A stretch of 64,000 nucleotides of DNA from Lingula anatina. Taxonomy: Eukaryota > Animalia > Brachiopoda. Made by a program: the position numbers and the translations under genes. This document shows positions 1-15,421 of this stretch, piece by piece; position 1 is the stretch's first letter, and every line of letters begins with the position of its first letter. The notes under the pieces are model-generated. The model was not told the origin of the DNA and made no database searches. It was given only the letters and a program-made list of their open reading frames with translations. The stretch is taken from positions 17,236,001 to 17,300,000 of the forward strand of contig CM120646.1 in assembly GCA_051362555.1 (NCBI GenBank), given 5' to 3'.

Positions 1-587
1 AGAAAACGGGCGTCCTCATCTCAAACGGTAAAACCGTTTTGCTATTTTCCACGGTGAAAATGCTCTGGAGACACTTCATAACACCAAGTTATAAAAACAC
101 ACCACGTGCTTGCTTCATAATAGAATACTTTTGCGAGGACAATTCTTTTGAACTGGCAACGCCAGTGAATGCAAAGCACTCTGGCTTTTATGTACAGCCT
201 CCCCCGAGACTCTTAAAAAGGAATTAAAGGCATATTTTAAGAAGTATTTTAAAAGATTTTATAACTGAGATATGAATCAAATTGCTTTAACCGATTTTCT
301 CATTTTCTTTAACTTATATGCTACCTTGTTACTATTATTGAGCATATTTGAATTTCAAAACTATAAATTATTATTATTATTGTTTATATACACCTCAGCT
401 TTTTAGAATGTATACTGCAAAGAATTTAACAAAGGAAGTAAATAATATACTCAAGTTTATTGCATAATAATAAAGGTGTATAATCTTCACCTCCAGTTAT
501 TTCTATGAATCATTTCAGTAATGTGTGTGAAATACATATGTTAAGTGCTGTATGACAGGAAAGTAATGGAAAAATTAATTCTAAACT

Positions 588-703
588 CTGGAAAGACTGC
601 CCGAAAAATTTATCCAACTGGTGTCATCTGACTCAAGGGGGTTAGTGCCCTTCTGCCCGCTGATGACACCAGTTAGACTGATCTTCGGGCTCAGTTGGTC
701 CAG
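588..703. repeat. Degenerate palindrome / small MITE-like hairpin
   Basis: CCCGAA...AACTGGTGTCATC (600-624) is mirrored by GATGACACCAGTT...TTCGGG (662-689). No clear TSD. Confidence 0.55.
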
Positions 704-1291
704 TCTGAACACAGGTTAACTAAAACCTAACTTAACATATTTCAAAGATACTTAAAACTATTCTACTTTTCATAAAAAAGTGCTGAATTCCAATAAATAT
801 GTTAATATGACTAGCAGGGATACAACCGATATCAGTATGATAACCCAGTTTGCTAGGATAATTTAACAATATTTGAGGTGCAAACTGAGTGTCACTGTCA
901 CCATGGGCATATTCAAAAGTAATATAATTTAAAATGAGTCAATCTGGAAGAGGATAATATCCCATGGAATAAGGTCTTCTCTCTGATTTAAGCTTATCCC
1001 TGAAAAAGTTGATACCACACCTGTAATCTGCTAAGCAGATATATTATGACAGAGGGCCATCCTTTGGGGGGGGGGATTAAAAAGAGATTATTAAATCCCT
1101 TCCAAAACAATTAGATAATCTTGTAAGACCATTAAATCCACTCATAATTTCAATTAGTTCACATTAAGAATGCACCCACATTTCCCATCACTTTCCCTCT
1201 TTGTTAAAATCAGTACATGATCAGTGCAAGCAATATATCCCCCAGTTAGCCTCATTATCATTATATCTGGACATCTAATAATGACTCATAA

Positions 1292-1515
1292 GGGTGCATT
1301 CCCAGAGATTTAGATCGATCAGAGATTTAGATTTAGATCGACCTATCTCCCTGGGGGTTCACGCTAAATTGCAGTCAGCCGAGCACGCACCATAGTTAAT
1401 TACCCCCTTACAGCTTTTAGTAGGCGGGACTGATGCTTAAGCTGGCTAAGCTGACAGTAATCTAGTGAGACTCCCCACAGGGATAGATCGATCTAAAATC
1501 TATGGGCATGGGGTC
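1292..1515 (+). mobile_element. PIF/Harbinger-type (Tourist-like) MITE, family A copy 1
   Basis: Imperfect terminal inverted repeats contain TAGATCGATC. TAA flanks both ends (1289-1291, 1516-1518). The internal sequence recurs at 6789, 52331 and 52713. Confidence 0.85.
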
Positions 1516-2462
1516 TAAGACATCTTACCAGAAATCCTTCATGACTTAATCAGCACATTAACCAAGTTAACTTTTTTTACATTGTCTACTTTAATTTTAC
1601 ATGCATATGAATATATATGAAAGCACCTAATGTATTAAATTATCTCTTAACATTATGTCATTACATATAAGCTTTAATCACTATAATTTGGCACTATTAT
1701 AAACAGTCAAATGTCTATAGAGGCTATAAGAGGTAATGTATAAAATAAACTATATTTTGCCTTAGCAGCAACTATCTACATAAACATGATTGCGTTTAAG
1801 TACAATGACCTATAATGAACATTTTGGCCATGTTCTGATTGGTGTGTCCAATCATATTTCTGGTCCATTAAAAATTGTCCTAAAAGGATGCTCTACCATC
1901 AGGGCCTTGAAACAGAGAGAGAGACATCAGAAATAAAATACATATGACAAAGATACATTCTACATGAAATGAAAGATGAGATAAGAACAAAGACTATTGC
2001 ACAAACCCTATACTGGAAAAATTCATTGATGGGTCAGGGACTAGAGTAAAATCAGATCAGAGAGGGTAAACAGAGAGAAATGGAGATTTGGAAGGCTTGA
2101 TGTCTAGTTTCTGGGAGCTTGAAAGGTGCTGAGTATTTATAAGTGAGCTAATGAGTTGGCAGTCTTCAGAAACATATGCATCATCATCAAAAATTACTTC
2201 AATTTTTTTTCACTTTTACTTAAGTGTCCATCATGAAATCAGCAGCTGCCAACAAATAAGAATAGCCTAGTGTATAAATGAATGTACCATTTTTGAAGAT
2301 TCCTTTGCATATATTGGAAATTTATTGTCCCAATTTATTGTGTGGGGGGAAAGGGAGAGATGGAGAATGGACAGGGCCCACTAATGATGTTGGTCCTTCA
2401 ATATGTATAATACTAAGTGGCTGCCAGGCACTATAGAGGGAGTGACAAGTACATCCAGCTGC

Positions 2463-6036
<3,574 letters not shown>

Positions 6037-6084
6037 TTTTGCAATTTTATTCCAAATTTGGTGTTTGTAGGAGTACGCCTTACA

Positions 6085-6110
6085 CCGGAAGTGCCTTGGA
6101 ACGCCAATTT
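6085..6110. promoter_or_regulatory. Candidate RSU1 core promoter: ETS/GABP-type site and CCAAT
   Basis: CCGGAAGTG at 6085-6093 and GCCAAT near 6103, 50-75 bp upstream of the ATG. This is typical of housekeeping promoters; function is inferred. Confidence 0.5.
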
Positions 6111-6376
6111 GAGGTACGGATATCCATTCGCCTTTTGAAAAATAGAACACAGGTAATGTCAAATTATGCTTTTTTATTTTACTCAACTTTCTACTAGATT
6201 TATGTAAAAGGTTTTCGCTTCTTTTGAGCTGTAATTAATAATATATCCAAATTTATTATAAAAATCCAGAGCTCTCCACTGCGGAATAATTTTATCCTTT
6301 AGAAAAGTAGTACAGCGCACCTAACACAATGATTCAGATTGGCTATCATCCACGATTTTCAATGAATAAAGAAAGA

Positions 6377-6475
6377 GGCCCCCTCCCACACCCCACACCC
6401 CTCGGGGGCTTCGCCCCCTCGTGTCTGCTTACTGCCCCCCCCCCCCCCTGGCATTTTGCTCAGGCTACGGCCCTG
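6377..6475. mobile_element. Partial MITE with a GGCTACGGCCCTG terminus (related to family C)
   Basis: The 3' end resembles the GGCTACGGGCCTG terminus of the element at 16692-16867. Internal sequence is C-rich. The other end was not found. Confidence 0.5.
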
Positions 6476-6788
6476 TCAATAGGTATATTTCTGTTATCTG
6501 TGAGCACGAGCGTGTCTGTGAGAGCAATTTTTAATCTCCCGAGATGTGTGATCCGTATGCAGCTTTTCATTTTTCGAACTTCGTGAAACTAAATCATCAT
6601 AGGCCTACTCGGTGATTCGATTTTAAACTTGCATTCAACGAGATTTGAATAAATTTCATTTGCTGTGAATTGTGAATTGATGATTTTTTTCTTCGTGAAC
6701 AGTTATCCCTATCCCTCTCCCCTATAGGACCCTCTAGATAGGCCAAAATGAAACGAAAGTAAAGAAAATGATATAGGCCTATAACTAA

Positions 6789-7020
6789 CACCCCATTTCC
6801 ATAGATTTTTAGATCGATCTATCCCTGTGTGGAGTCTCACTAGATTACTGTCAGCTTGGCCGGCTTAAGCGTCTGTCCCGCCTACTAAAAGCTGTAAGGG
6901 GGTAATTAACTATGGTGTCCGCTCGGCTGACTGCCTGAACCCCCAGCCTGAACCCCCAGCCTAGGGAGTTAGGTCTAAAACTTAATCTTTAGATCGATCT
7001 AAATCTCTGGGAAAGCACCC
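6789..7020 (-). mobile_element. PIF/Harbinger-type MITE, family A copy 2 (inverted)
   Basis: Reverse-complement homolog of 1292-1515. TAA at 6786-6788 and 7021-7023. Confidence 0.85.
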
Positions 7021-7384
7021 TAAGATACAAAATCAACTGAAACTCACATTTGATTATGCCGTCAAAGTTCACATTTGTAAAAAAAAAAAAAATAATAAAT
7101 AAATAAATAAAGACTGGTCAATTGAAAATAAAAATCAATCAGAACCCTCGAAATTAAACAAGGAAGGGGAAACGCACGGAGTCCAGTGGTAGGCCTTTTT
7201 ACTGACACTGACAGCTCGGACTACCGTTTTAAACATTTCTATGTTCTGAAACTCCGCCACGTTGAACAAGAAAAAAAAACTAATTATGTTTGACTCTCTT
7301 CTACATGTAGGAATAGCTTACTCGGTGCTTACCGATAATAATAATAATAATAATAATAATAATTATAATAATAATAATAGGCTT

Positions 7385-7624
7385 CAGTGGCGGATTTAGA
7401 GGGGGGTCCTGACCCCTCCTTCGATTTCTTGATAATTAAAATTTTGACTATAGCTGGATCATAGTTCTAAACAGTACCAAATGGCACCGTTCGCCCTCCA
7501 AAGTAGGCCCTACCAAATTTTTTCAGGGTCCTTCGGCGGGTCCCTAACCCTTCGCCAAGTCGGGAGGGGAGGTTCGGCTTCGGATCCGCAGACCCCCATT
7601 CAAATAATCCTGGATCCGCCCCTG
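7385..7624 (+). mobile_element. CAG-ended MITE, family B copy 1 (hAT-like)
   Basis: Termini CAGTGGCGGATT...ATCCGCCCCTG. Homologous to 12924-13210 (inverted) and 15106-15368. Confidence 0.8.
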
Positions 7625-9323
7625 CTAGGAACCCTGAGAGTATGGGGTCTTGAATGGGTTTTTAATTAATTTGACCTACATTCAAGCATACTGCTGAAGG
7701 TCTGTTATCAAGTGCTGTCTGCTGCTTTCTCTGCCTTTCCCCTTCTTTCCTAACTCGAAGACCGCCTTCAGATTCACTCATCGTACTGGCTGGGTCGGTT
7801 CAACTCTGCGGGGGTCCCAATAAAGTGTAATCAGTGGAATCAGCTTAATTGTCTGACACGCCACGAATCACCACACCCCTCAGGGACAGCCACACCGGTA
7901 GTGATATTAATAGGGAAATCCGATTATTCAGTAACACCACGTACTCTTACATACTCATACATTTACATTTGTACATTCTCTTACTTTAACGGTAACAGAA
8001 AAGTCTTAGAAGACGGTATCTCCACTGCTCCTTAAGACATATAAAACACCATATATATACGGGCTTGTGTTTGCTGTACAAACTTCAGTTTAAGATTGTT
8101 GATCGATCACACAGTAAGTAATAAAATAAAAGATATTTTTTCATTGAAAGCAAATGTGTATCTTACATTATTAAAATTTTTACTTGAATTCGAAAGAAAA
8201 GAAATAATAAACTTTAAATTTGATGAAAAAAAATTTTAAGAGAAATATTTTACAACGCCTAACTTCAAAAAGAAAAAAAAACATACTACATACCGTTTAA
8301 CTTTGAAATAAGTATGGTATTTGTATTTTGAGAGCAAAAATACTACAACCTTTAACTTTTAAGCACTTCACAGTCCCATCAAAAGCAATGGTGGTTCATT
8401 TGATCCAGAAATGTTATTTTCAAAGTCGAAAAGAAAAAATACGACAGAGTGTAATTAAAAAGAAAAATACTGCATCGGTTAACTTTAAAGGGAAAAATAC
8501 TGCAAATTATATGATCAAAGAGAAATATCGCTCAAGTATCCATCTCAGTATTTTAACAATTTATCGCGCCGCTCGGTTGTCAAGGTGTTACTGCTCGAGC
8601 AACACAGGGTGACTCCCTCTCTCGCCACCAACACCTAACAATTATTGAACCGAGCAAATAATTTCTTCCTTTCTTCTTATATATAGCAACTATAAATATA
8701 CTTTTCATTTGTACACTGAAATCAATGGTGTTTTAGTTGTTCGCCAAAAAAGCTGGCATTTTTAAGGTCGAAAAAAATACGTCAACGTTTAGTTTTAAAG
8801 AGAAAAACTATTGCAGTTACAGAGACGATAAGAACAAAAATTGTGATAGTTTTACTTAAAAGATAAAAATACGCAGATCTTTAAAATGGACGTAAAATGC
8901 TGCCATGTTTTGACTATGATTGCTGCAATTTATAGCATAATGTGCAACGTGGTCATTCACATAGTAGACACACGGGGTCAATAAACAATTATTAAAACTG
9001 AGAAGAATTACAACAATAAAGTGTGAACATTCTGTATTCCGCCACTTTATTCATAATTTTCATGATAACATGTAGAGATTCCGCATTCCACCAGTCTTCT
9101 TAAACCAAGCGTGCTTTTTTTACTGCTTGAGTTTTATTATTGTAAATCTTTTGTGCAAATCTTTTTAGATGAATAAGTGAATATCTCACGTGAATCGTGA
9201 ACTGGAAATTATATACACCATCATCATTAATATTTATATTGTTAGGTAATACCACGCAGATTTTATATTACAGGCCTCCATTATTTTGCCGTTTGCTTCT
9301 ATCATGCAAGCATTATAGACGGT

Positions 9324-12300
9324 TTAAACAAAATCTCCACAGAATACGCAAAAATTGTTCAGAAGGTAACGGCAGAGCGTCCCAGGCTTGGTAGCGTTCC
9401 CATACGCTTTCGACAATTTGTTATATAGATGCACAGCAAAGGACTCTTCGTTTACTTTGCTTTTATCAAGAAAACATTTTCGAATAACACGATTGTACTC
9501 AATAGGATAAAACGATTGCCGATACATACGTCTGACAATGCATGACTCGTCTTTCGATACATCTTCAAAACTGTTGACGTCACACACCCACGTGCTATGC
9601 TTTCTCGCCACGCGGGTGAGAAGATGCGGTCCATTTGCCGCCCAATCGCTCTGCTTATAGTTAAGGAGGTATTCTTTAATACACTCACGGAGAAATGGAT
9701 TGTGCTTATCAAATTTTATAACAGCGCCATTTAACACGGACTTTTTTCTGTTTTCCCATGCAGTAACATTATTTAAAACTTTTAAACTCTTTACTAAAAT
9801 GACGTCAGTGTCCATGTAAACGCCACCGTACAAATATAACAATAGCAACCTTATCAAGTCAGTTTCGTGGCTATACCAATATGGTCCTTTTGAAATAACA
9901 GGCATTCTTTTCAAAAACGCTTTCGAGCGACCTGCAAAGGTGTCTGGTTCCAGATTTTCAATGCGCCTTAGTAAGTTTTCAAGAGTATAGTTTTCGACCT
10001 CTACTTGAAAACCTGCTTCATTGAACTCAGAAAACGCCTTTTGTGTCAAAGCATTGCTTAGAATGCGCACTTTCGCATTTGGATGGTGGTAAAATATACT
10101 CTCGAGTGAACGGCGGTTCCGCTTTGTCTGATTCTTCGTTGTGTACACTTGAAAGAACACCGATTCAGTTGTTTTATTTTTGTTTAACTGCCTGAATGTT
10201 TTAAAGGGTGCAATCCCAAATGTTATCGCAGTTTCTCGTAAAGCGCGGGATTTTCTTATCTCGTACCACAAGGTGGCGCGAAAGCGCATGTAGATTTCAC
10301 GATTTGGGTTCATTTTCGGATTGTCCCAATTAAAGTTGTCAAGGCCTCTGTAGGTTTTCATCCTAAGGTCGACAGTAACTGTGTGAAAAAGTTCTGTTAA
10401 GCCCTCAGCTCGACGCCCTCCACCTCCAGGTAGGACGTCAGTTTCCACAAAAACTACTGGAATTCCCATGGCAACGCAAGGAAGTGCGCAATGGATGCGC
10501 GAGGTTATAACTAATTTTGCGCGTGAATATCTTTCCATCAAACTTTTTGCAGCTTCGTAGCGTGTTAATCTATCAAATTTCTTCGAACTGGGCAAGTTAT
10601 GGGTGACGTTTATCGCTGATTTTCGTATTTGATATGGAACAATTAATTCTACAGCGAGTTTGTTCACATCAACGACAAATATGCCCTCTCTTTTAATGGT
10701 TGGATTTGGATTGCGCATTAAAAGTGTCAAACAGCCCGATTTATATACTGAAAAATTTTGGGATTTTAAGAAATTAAAAGTGCCCTCATCACGAGCACCC
10801 ACAGGGCCATGATTTCGAAGGTAATTTCTGCCCGGCTCATTAAGTAATTTCTTCCAGAAACCTGATCCAAAATACATCGATAAAATCAAAGGGTTTAGAT
10901 TAACTTTTGGTGGCCACATCATGTTGCCAGCGTTATACCATCCATTTAGAAATATTGTGATTGCTTTTTTGAGATTATTGGTTTTGTTAGAAACAATAGA
11001 CCCTCTTCTAAACTGATCTTTGGTGTCGCTTGTTTTAGATATGTCATTACCTGCTGTATTTCGGGTCATGTACAAAGACCAATTTGTTGCCTTTCCATGA
11101 GTTTCTCTTTTAGTGTTTTCTTCCCAAAAATTGTCAGTATTCTCCCTCTGTGCAAGGGATTTTACTACACTTGTGACGTCCCAGGTATCCCTGTCCACAA
11201 ATAAGTCCACAAAGGGAAGAAACTGTAGCCCTGCTAGCGTTTGAATCTCGTCGCCAACGTTGATGTCCCTCGCCACCTTCACTCGATGGTCAAAACTTAG
11301 GATCCCAAAGAGTTCTTCTTGCAAAAAAGGGATAACAGAATCTGTACCGCCCTTTTCAATCTGTCTCTTATCTACCTGGCTTAGAACTTTTGACTTCAGT
11401 AATACTGAAGCAGTGTCCCAATTTTGGATTCGACTTCTACTGCGACTGTTGTAGGCCAACTGAATCTCGACCATAGCATTTTTGACGAACAACGAATGTC
11501 GTTCTAACCTGGATACGAAAAAGATACCTTCAGTGGACATCCATTGCCCCGTGAAATATTCATCTGGTAAATATGACGGCACTATTCTTCTTATATCTAT
11601 GTAAAGTCCACCAAATCTCCACAGTGCAAGTAAAACACTTATTTCATGTACGACTGCCATAAATTTACGACCCATGAGCAATTTCAGAATGGCGGATTTA
11701 GAAATAAAATCGTCCATTGGTGTGCCCCGAGTTAACTCAGATAACAGTAAACGAAGTACTGTTACGCGTTTCCACGACTTGCCGTCTATTTGATCTATAC
11801 ATCCACTGCTTCCACATAAAAATACAACGTGTTTCCCTGGATTTAACTGCAGGAAGGTCTCTATTTTATTCATAAACGTTTGTGGAATTGCGGCATAATG
11901 CGACCAGACCATGACAAAATCTGAGGTCGCATTTTGATGTAGGCCCGAGTGATGTTGTGCTGCCGTTAACGATTCCTCTTTATAGGATGTTGAGCTACCA
12001 GTATTGGCTGGCCTGACAGCAGACATTGCTTTTGTTAACTGGAAAAGAGGGCCCTTCTTATTCTCCCCGTAGATGATTTCACCGGGCGTAACGGACCTGT
12101 TCGTAGCCACCAAATTGCCACTTGTGTTAACTTTCGCCACTGCTGGAGACAGGGCTGAGTTGGCATTAAAAGATGAAATAAAATAATAGTAAAATGAATA
12201 TATATATATATATATATATTTAAATGAATTTTTCAATGCATGAACAATATTGGAACCTGAAAATGTTCTTTTTATATTTAAAAAGTATTTTCAAATATGC

Positions 12301-12625
12301 CTAATAGCACATACTGACAATGGAATGTTGCAGGCTTATCTACCAGAAACGTAATTAAAATTACAAATTAAATTCTGATTAAAAGCTAATAAAAAAGCAG
12401 GGTTTATATGTTGCAACTATCTCAATGGTCTTTGCTCCGCTGCATATATCTAAATAGGCTGCAAATAAGCTGTTCGTTTTTCTATGCCTTTAAATGCTTA
12501 CTTTCAAAACCGTACATGAATTTGAAGATGTAAATCAACGCCCCAGTCATAAACAGCAGTACAGGTAGAATGGCTTTCCGCTTGCAACGAAAACACCTGC
12601 GAAGATTCATCACCGTAGATTTCAT
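9324..12625 (-). CDS. Type II membrane tri-domain glycan-modifying enzyme, paralog A: degenerate GT32 + polysaccharide pyruvyl transferase-like + GT32 alpha-1,4-glycosyltransferase (A4GALT/A4GNT-like), ~980 aa
   Basis: Exon 1 (12625 or 12610 to 12502) encodes a basic tail and TM segment (RKAILPVLLFMTGALIYIF), with donor A|GTAAGC. Exon 2 (12154-9324) has an in-phase acceptor (ctcag|CC). Middle-domain motifs: NVGDEIQTLA..QFLP..D.FVDRD, NGWY..WPP, GARD, SGCLTL, VITSRIHCALPCVAMGIPV. C-terminal motifs: SLESIFYHHP, TDLIRLLLLYLYGGVYMDTD, NGAV, NGPHLLTRV, FYPI, AVHLYNK. Confidence 0.9.
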
Positions 12626-12923
12626 CTGACCGTATGCTATGGAGAGAGACGAAGTGGTAAATCCGAGAGAAAATATCCTCAAAATAAATGACGTGTCTCG
12701 AGCACGGAGCTACTGGTATGATGTAAATACTTAATAATGACAGTTGAAAAACAATTCATGATCTAATAATAATAAAAACTGTAACACGGAGACGTAGCAA
12801 AAGCCGGTGCTTTACTTGTGGCATAATTCATGCATTAATCATGCATTAAGCACAGCAAAAAGAACGAAACAAATTAATAATATAAAACTGAACATGAACA
12901 TAAAATCAAACTGAAATACATGT

Positions 12924-13210
12924 CAAGGGCGGATCCAGGATTATTTGAAGGGGGGTCCGGAACGACAAACCTCCGATGCAAAGCCGAAGATCGCCCCCTT
13001 GGCGTGGGGTTCGGGGCCTGCATGCTGAAGGGCCCGAAAAGTTTTTGGTGTTTTGGAGGGCAAACGATGCCCTATGGTACTGTTTAGAACTATGTTTCAG
13101 CTAGTCAAAATTATAATTTCAGGAGGGGAATGTTGGTGTGATATATTTTTCAGAAACCGAAGGGGGGGCAGGGCCCCCCTGACCCCCCCCCCCCTCTAAA
13201 TCCGCCACTG
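12924..13210 (-). mobile_element. CAG-ended MITE, family B copy 2 (inverted), 5-bp TSD CATGT
   Basis: Termini CAAGGGCGGATCC...ATCCGCCACTG. CATGT flanks both ends (12919-12923, 13211-13215). Confidence 0.82.
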
Positions 13211-13276
13211 CATGTATAACTGGAATAAGTGAAAGGCTTGATATTAACCTAGCAGTCTCCATCACTATTCCCATGA

Positions 13277-13990
13277 AAGTCAGGCGGCTTAGTTCAAATT
13301 ATATCCAGAATTGTGCAAAAGTTGATAAAAGCATGAAACTTTCCACAATTAAGGACCATTGGGTGTTTGTCAATTTTGGTTCGAGGGGAAACTCCAAAAT
13401 TCGCAAGTACCTGGATGAGCGGCTTTCTTAAATATGCTGACTCAGCATTTTATGTAAATGTATATTTCATCAGAACGAGCACTACCAGCACTAATTATGA
13501 TATCATAAATAGATTTTAAAAACGTACGCTCACTGTTCACATTTATGAGAGCGATGATGACGTCACAATGACGTCACTGGGTGATATTGCACAGTACAGA
13601 ATGACGAATATCCACTTTCTCCCATACAGCATAGGAACAATAGTCGAACCCTGCAATGTTTCCTTCCCGTAATTTTTTATTACAGAAAAATTAGGGCTAG
13701 AAGGTAAAAGTGGATTGATTGCTACTTCCGAGACATTGAGTATTTTTCAATATGGCCGTCTATTTATGAGGAAAAATAGAAAAACAACCAGAAGTCGACC
13801 GATATACTTTATTTGTGGCTCTTGTGAACGTCTTTCCTGTCGGAAGAACACATAAGGGTACAAGACTACATCCTAGCACGTCACTGTTACCGAAAAAAAA
13901 ACAAAATGGCCGCCAAAACATAGGAAGAGACAGAGGGTAAAGAAAATCGGCAAAATCGGCATATTTCTGGTATAATCAGTCTAATTAACG
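13277..13990 (+). mobile_element. Degenerate Academ-like DNA transposon fragment (one end only)
   Basis: AAGTCAGGCGGCTTAG...GATAAAAGCATGAAACTTT resembles the terminus of the 53925-56115 element. AATATGGCCGTC and AAAATGGCCGCC motifs occur inside. The right boundary is approximate. Confidence 0.4.
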
Positions 13991-15105
13991 CCATCTTTTT
14001 CTTCAATTTTTCCGTTCATCGTGGTTTTCGTTAGCCATTATCCAACACTACTGTACCATAATCTGCTTGTTTAATATTCAACTTCAAGTTCAAGTTTCCT
14101 TTCCAATTGGTCCCATATTTGTTTTCTGTAATTGTTTAAAAAAGAATTGACCTCTTTATGTAAGAAAAGTCAACTTAGCTTGGCTTTACTAATTTCTGGG
14201 ATATTGAGCACTTTTCGTAACCCAAAAATTACTGCCAATTTTTACGTAAAATTACAAAAATATTCATAGCGATTTACATCAAACTAAAGACAGTGCATGC
14301 ATATACTTCATTTAAAAGCCTATTTGCATGTTTACAAATACAGAGGTGGTGTGTATTTGGGTTGTCTTTTACATAATCTACAAGCCATTTTAATAGAAAT
14401 AGCGAAATAGCCACCAAAAGGGTACGGGAAAAGACAGGTAAAAAGATGGTAAATTATATTTTTTTTCAACTGAAAAAGATTTTAAACGAATGAAATCGGC
14501 ATATACATTGTATGTTAGTAAAATTATATGCCTGTGGTCAACGCAGGTAACAAAATAAAACAGATTGGTTGACTGTTTATAAAATAAGGCTACTGACCAA
14601 TGCCAGGCATTTCCAACTTTGGTTAGATTTTTGATTAGGCTTTTTTCAACGAATCGTCCTGCCGTCATTTGGACGGCTGCCGGCATCACCGTACGGCGTA
14701 TATTTTCAAAGACGGCTGGACGGCTTACGAATAAAAAAAACGACTGCTTGGCTTGGCGGGATGGCCATGGACGGCCTGCGGAATTCTCAGCGTGTATGAT
14801 GCATACCAGTTGAATAATTCTACTTTGTAGTGCACGCTGTACTTCACTCACGATCTAACTACTACCTAATGTTAATAAAACTCAAAATGCTTCAACTAAC
14901 TTTTAAAACAAACTTAATGCACACCGAAAGTAGCAGTGACGAGTGACCTACATTTGGTAGAAAACAAGTGGAGGCCCTAAACGAAGTCTGAGCAAACTTG
15001 TCGTTAAATTATTAAATTAAATTATGAAAGCTGAAACCTATCAGACCTTCAAGCAGCACCTGACAGGGCTGACAGAGAAGGCTGTTTTTATATTCGTTCA
15101 AGTAG

Positions 15106-15368
15106 CAGTGGCGGATTTAGAGGGGGCCAGGGGGGTCCTGACCTCCCCTTTGATATCTGGTCCTCTCTTGAAATTAGAATTTTGACTAGCTGAATCATAA
15201 CTCGAAACCGTACCAAATGGCCATGGCACCGTTTGCCCTCTAAGATATCAAAATTATTCGGGGCCCTTCATCGGGCCTCGAACCCTTCACCCAGTAGTGG
15301 TGGTGGTGGTGGTGGGGGGGGGGGGGGGGGGGGGGGGGTCGGCTTCGCATCCGCCCCCCCCCCCGGGT
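15106..15368 (+). mobile_element. CAG-ended MITE, family B copy 3 (3' end degraded, followed by (AAT)n)
   Basis: Begins CAGTGGCGGATTTAGAGGGGG and aligns with 7385-7624 (TTTTGACTAGCTG, GTACCAAATGGC, GGCACCGTT, GGCTTCG). Confidence 0.75.

Positions 15369-15421
<53 letters not shown>

Noticed and set aside
1-227. ORF 39-227 (+) and an open minus-strand frame running off the window start
   Set aside because: No recognisable motif and too little sequence. It could belong to a neighbouring gene but cannot be supported.
7690-7950. GC-richer segment with AATAAA, considered as a SINE, solo LTR or ncRNA
   Set aside because: No A/B boxes, TG...CA ends, TSD or second copy found in the window.
9324-12154. 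Bacterial contamination or misassembly as the source of the long intronless ORFs
   Set aside because: Both have spliced eukaryotic TM exons in correct phase and are interspersed with animal genes and shared MITE families. The two copies are too diverged to be an assembly duplicate.
12155-12236. ORF-track N-terminus MKNSFKYIYIYIY of the 970-aa ORF
   Set aside because: Intronic (TA)n read-through with a non-ATG start. An in-phase acceptor at 12154 joins the upstream TM exon.
14390-14851. 153-aa minus-strand ORF with GGACGGC repeats
   Set aside because: No protein motif, GTG start; probably an unclassified repeat fragment.
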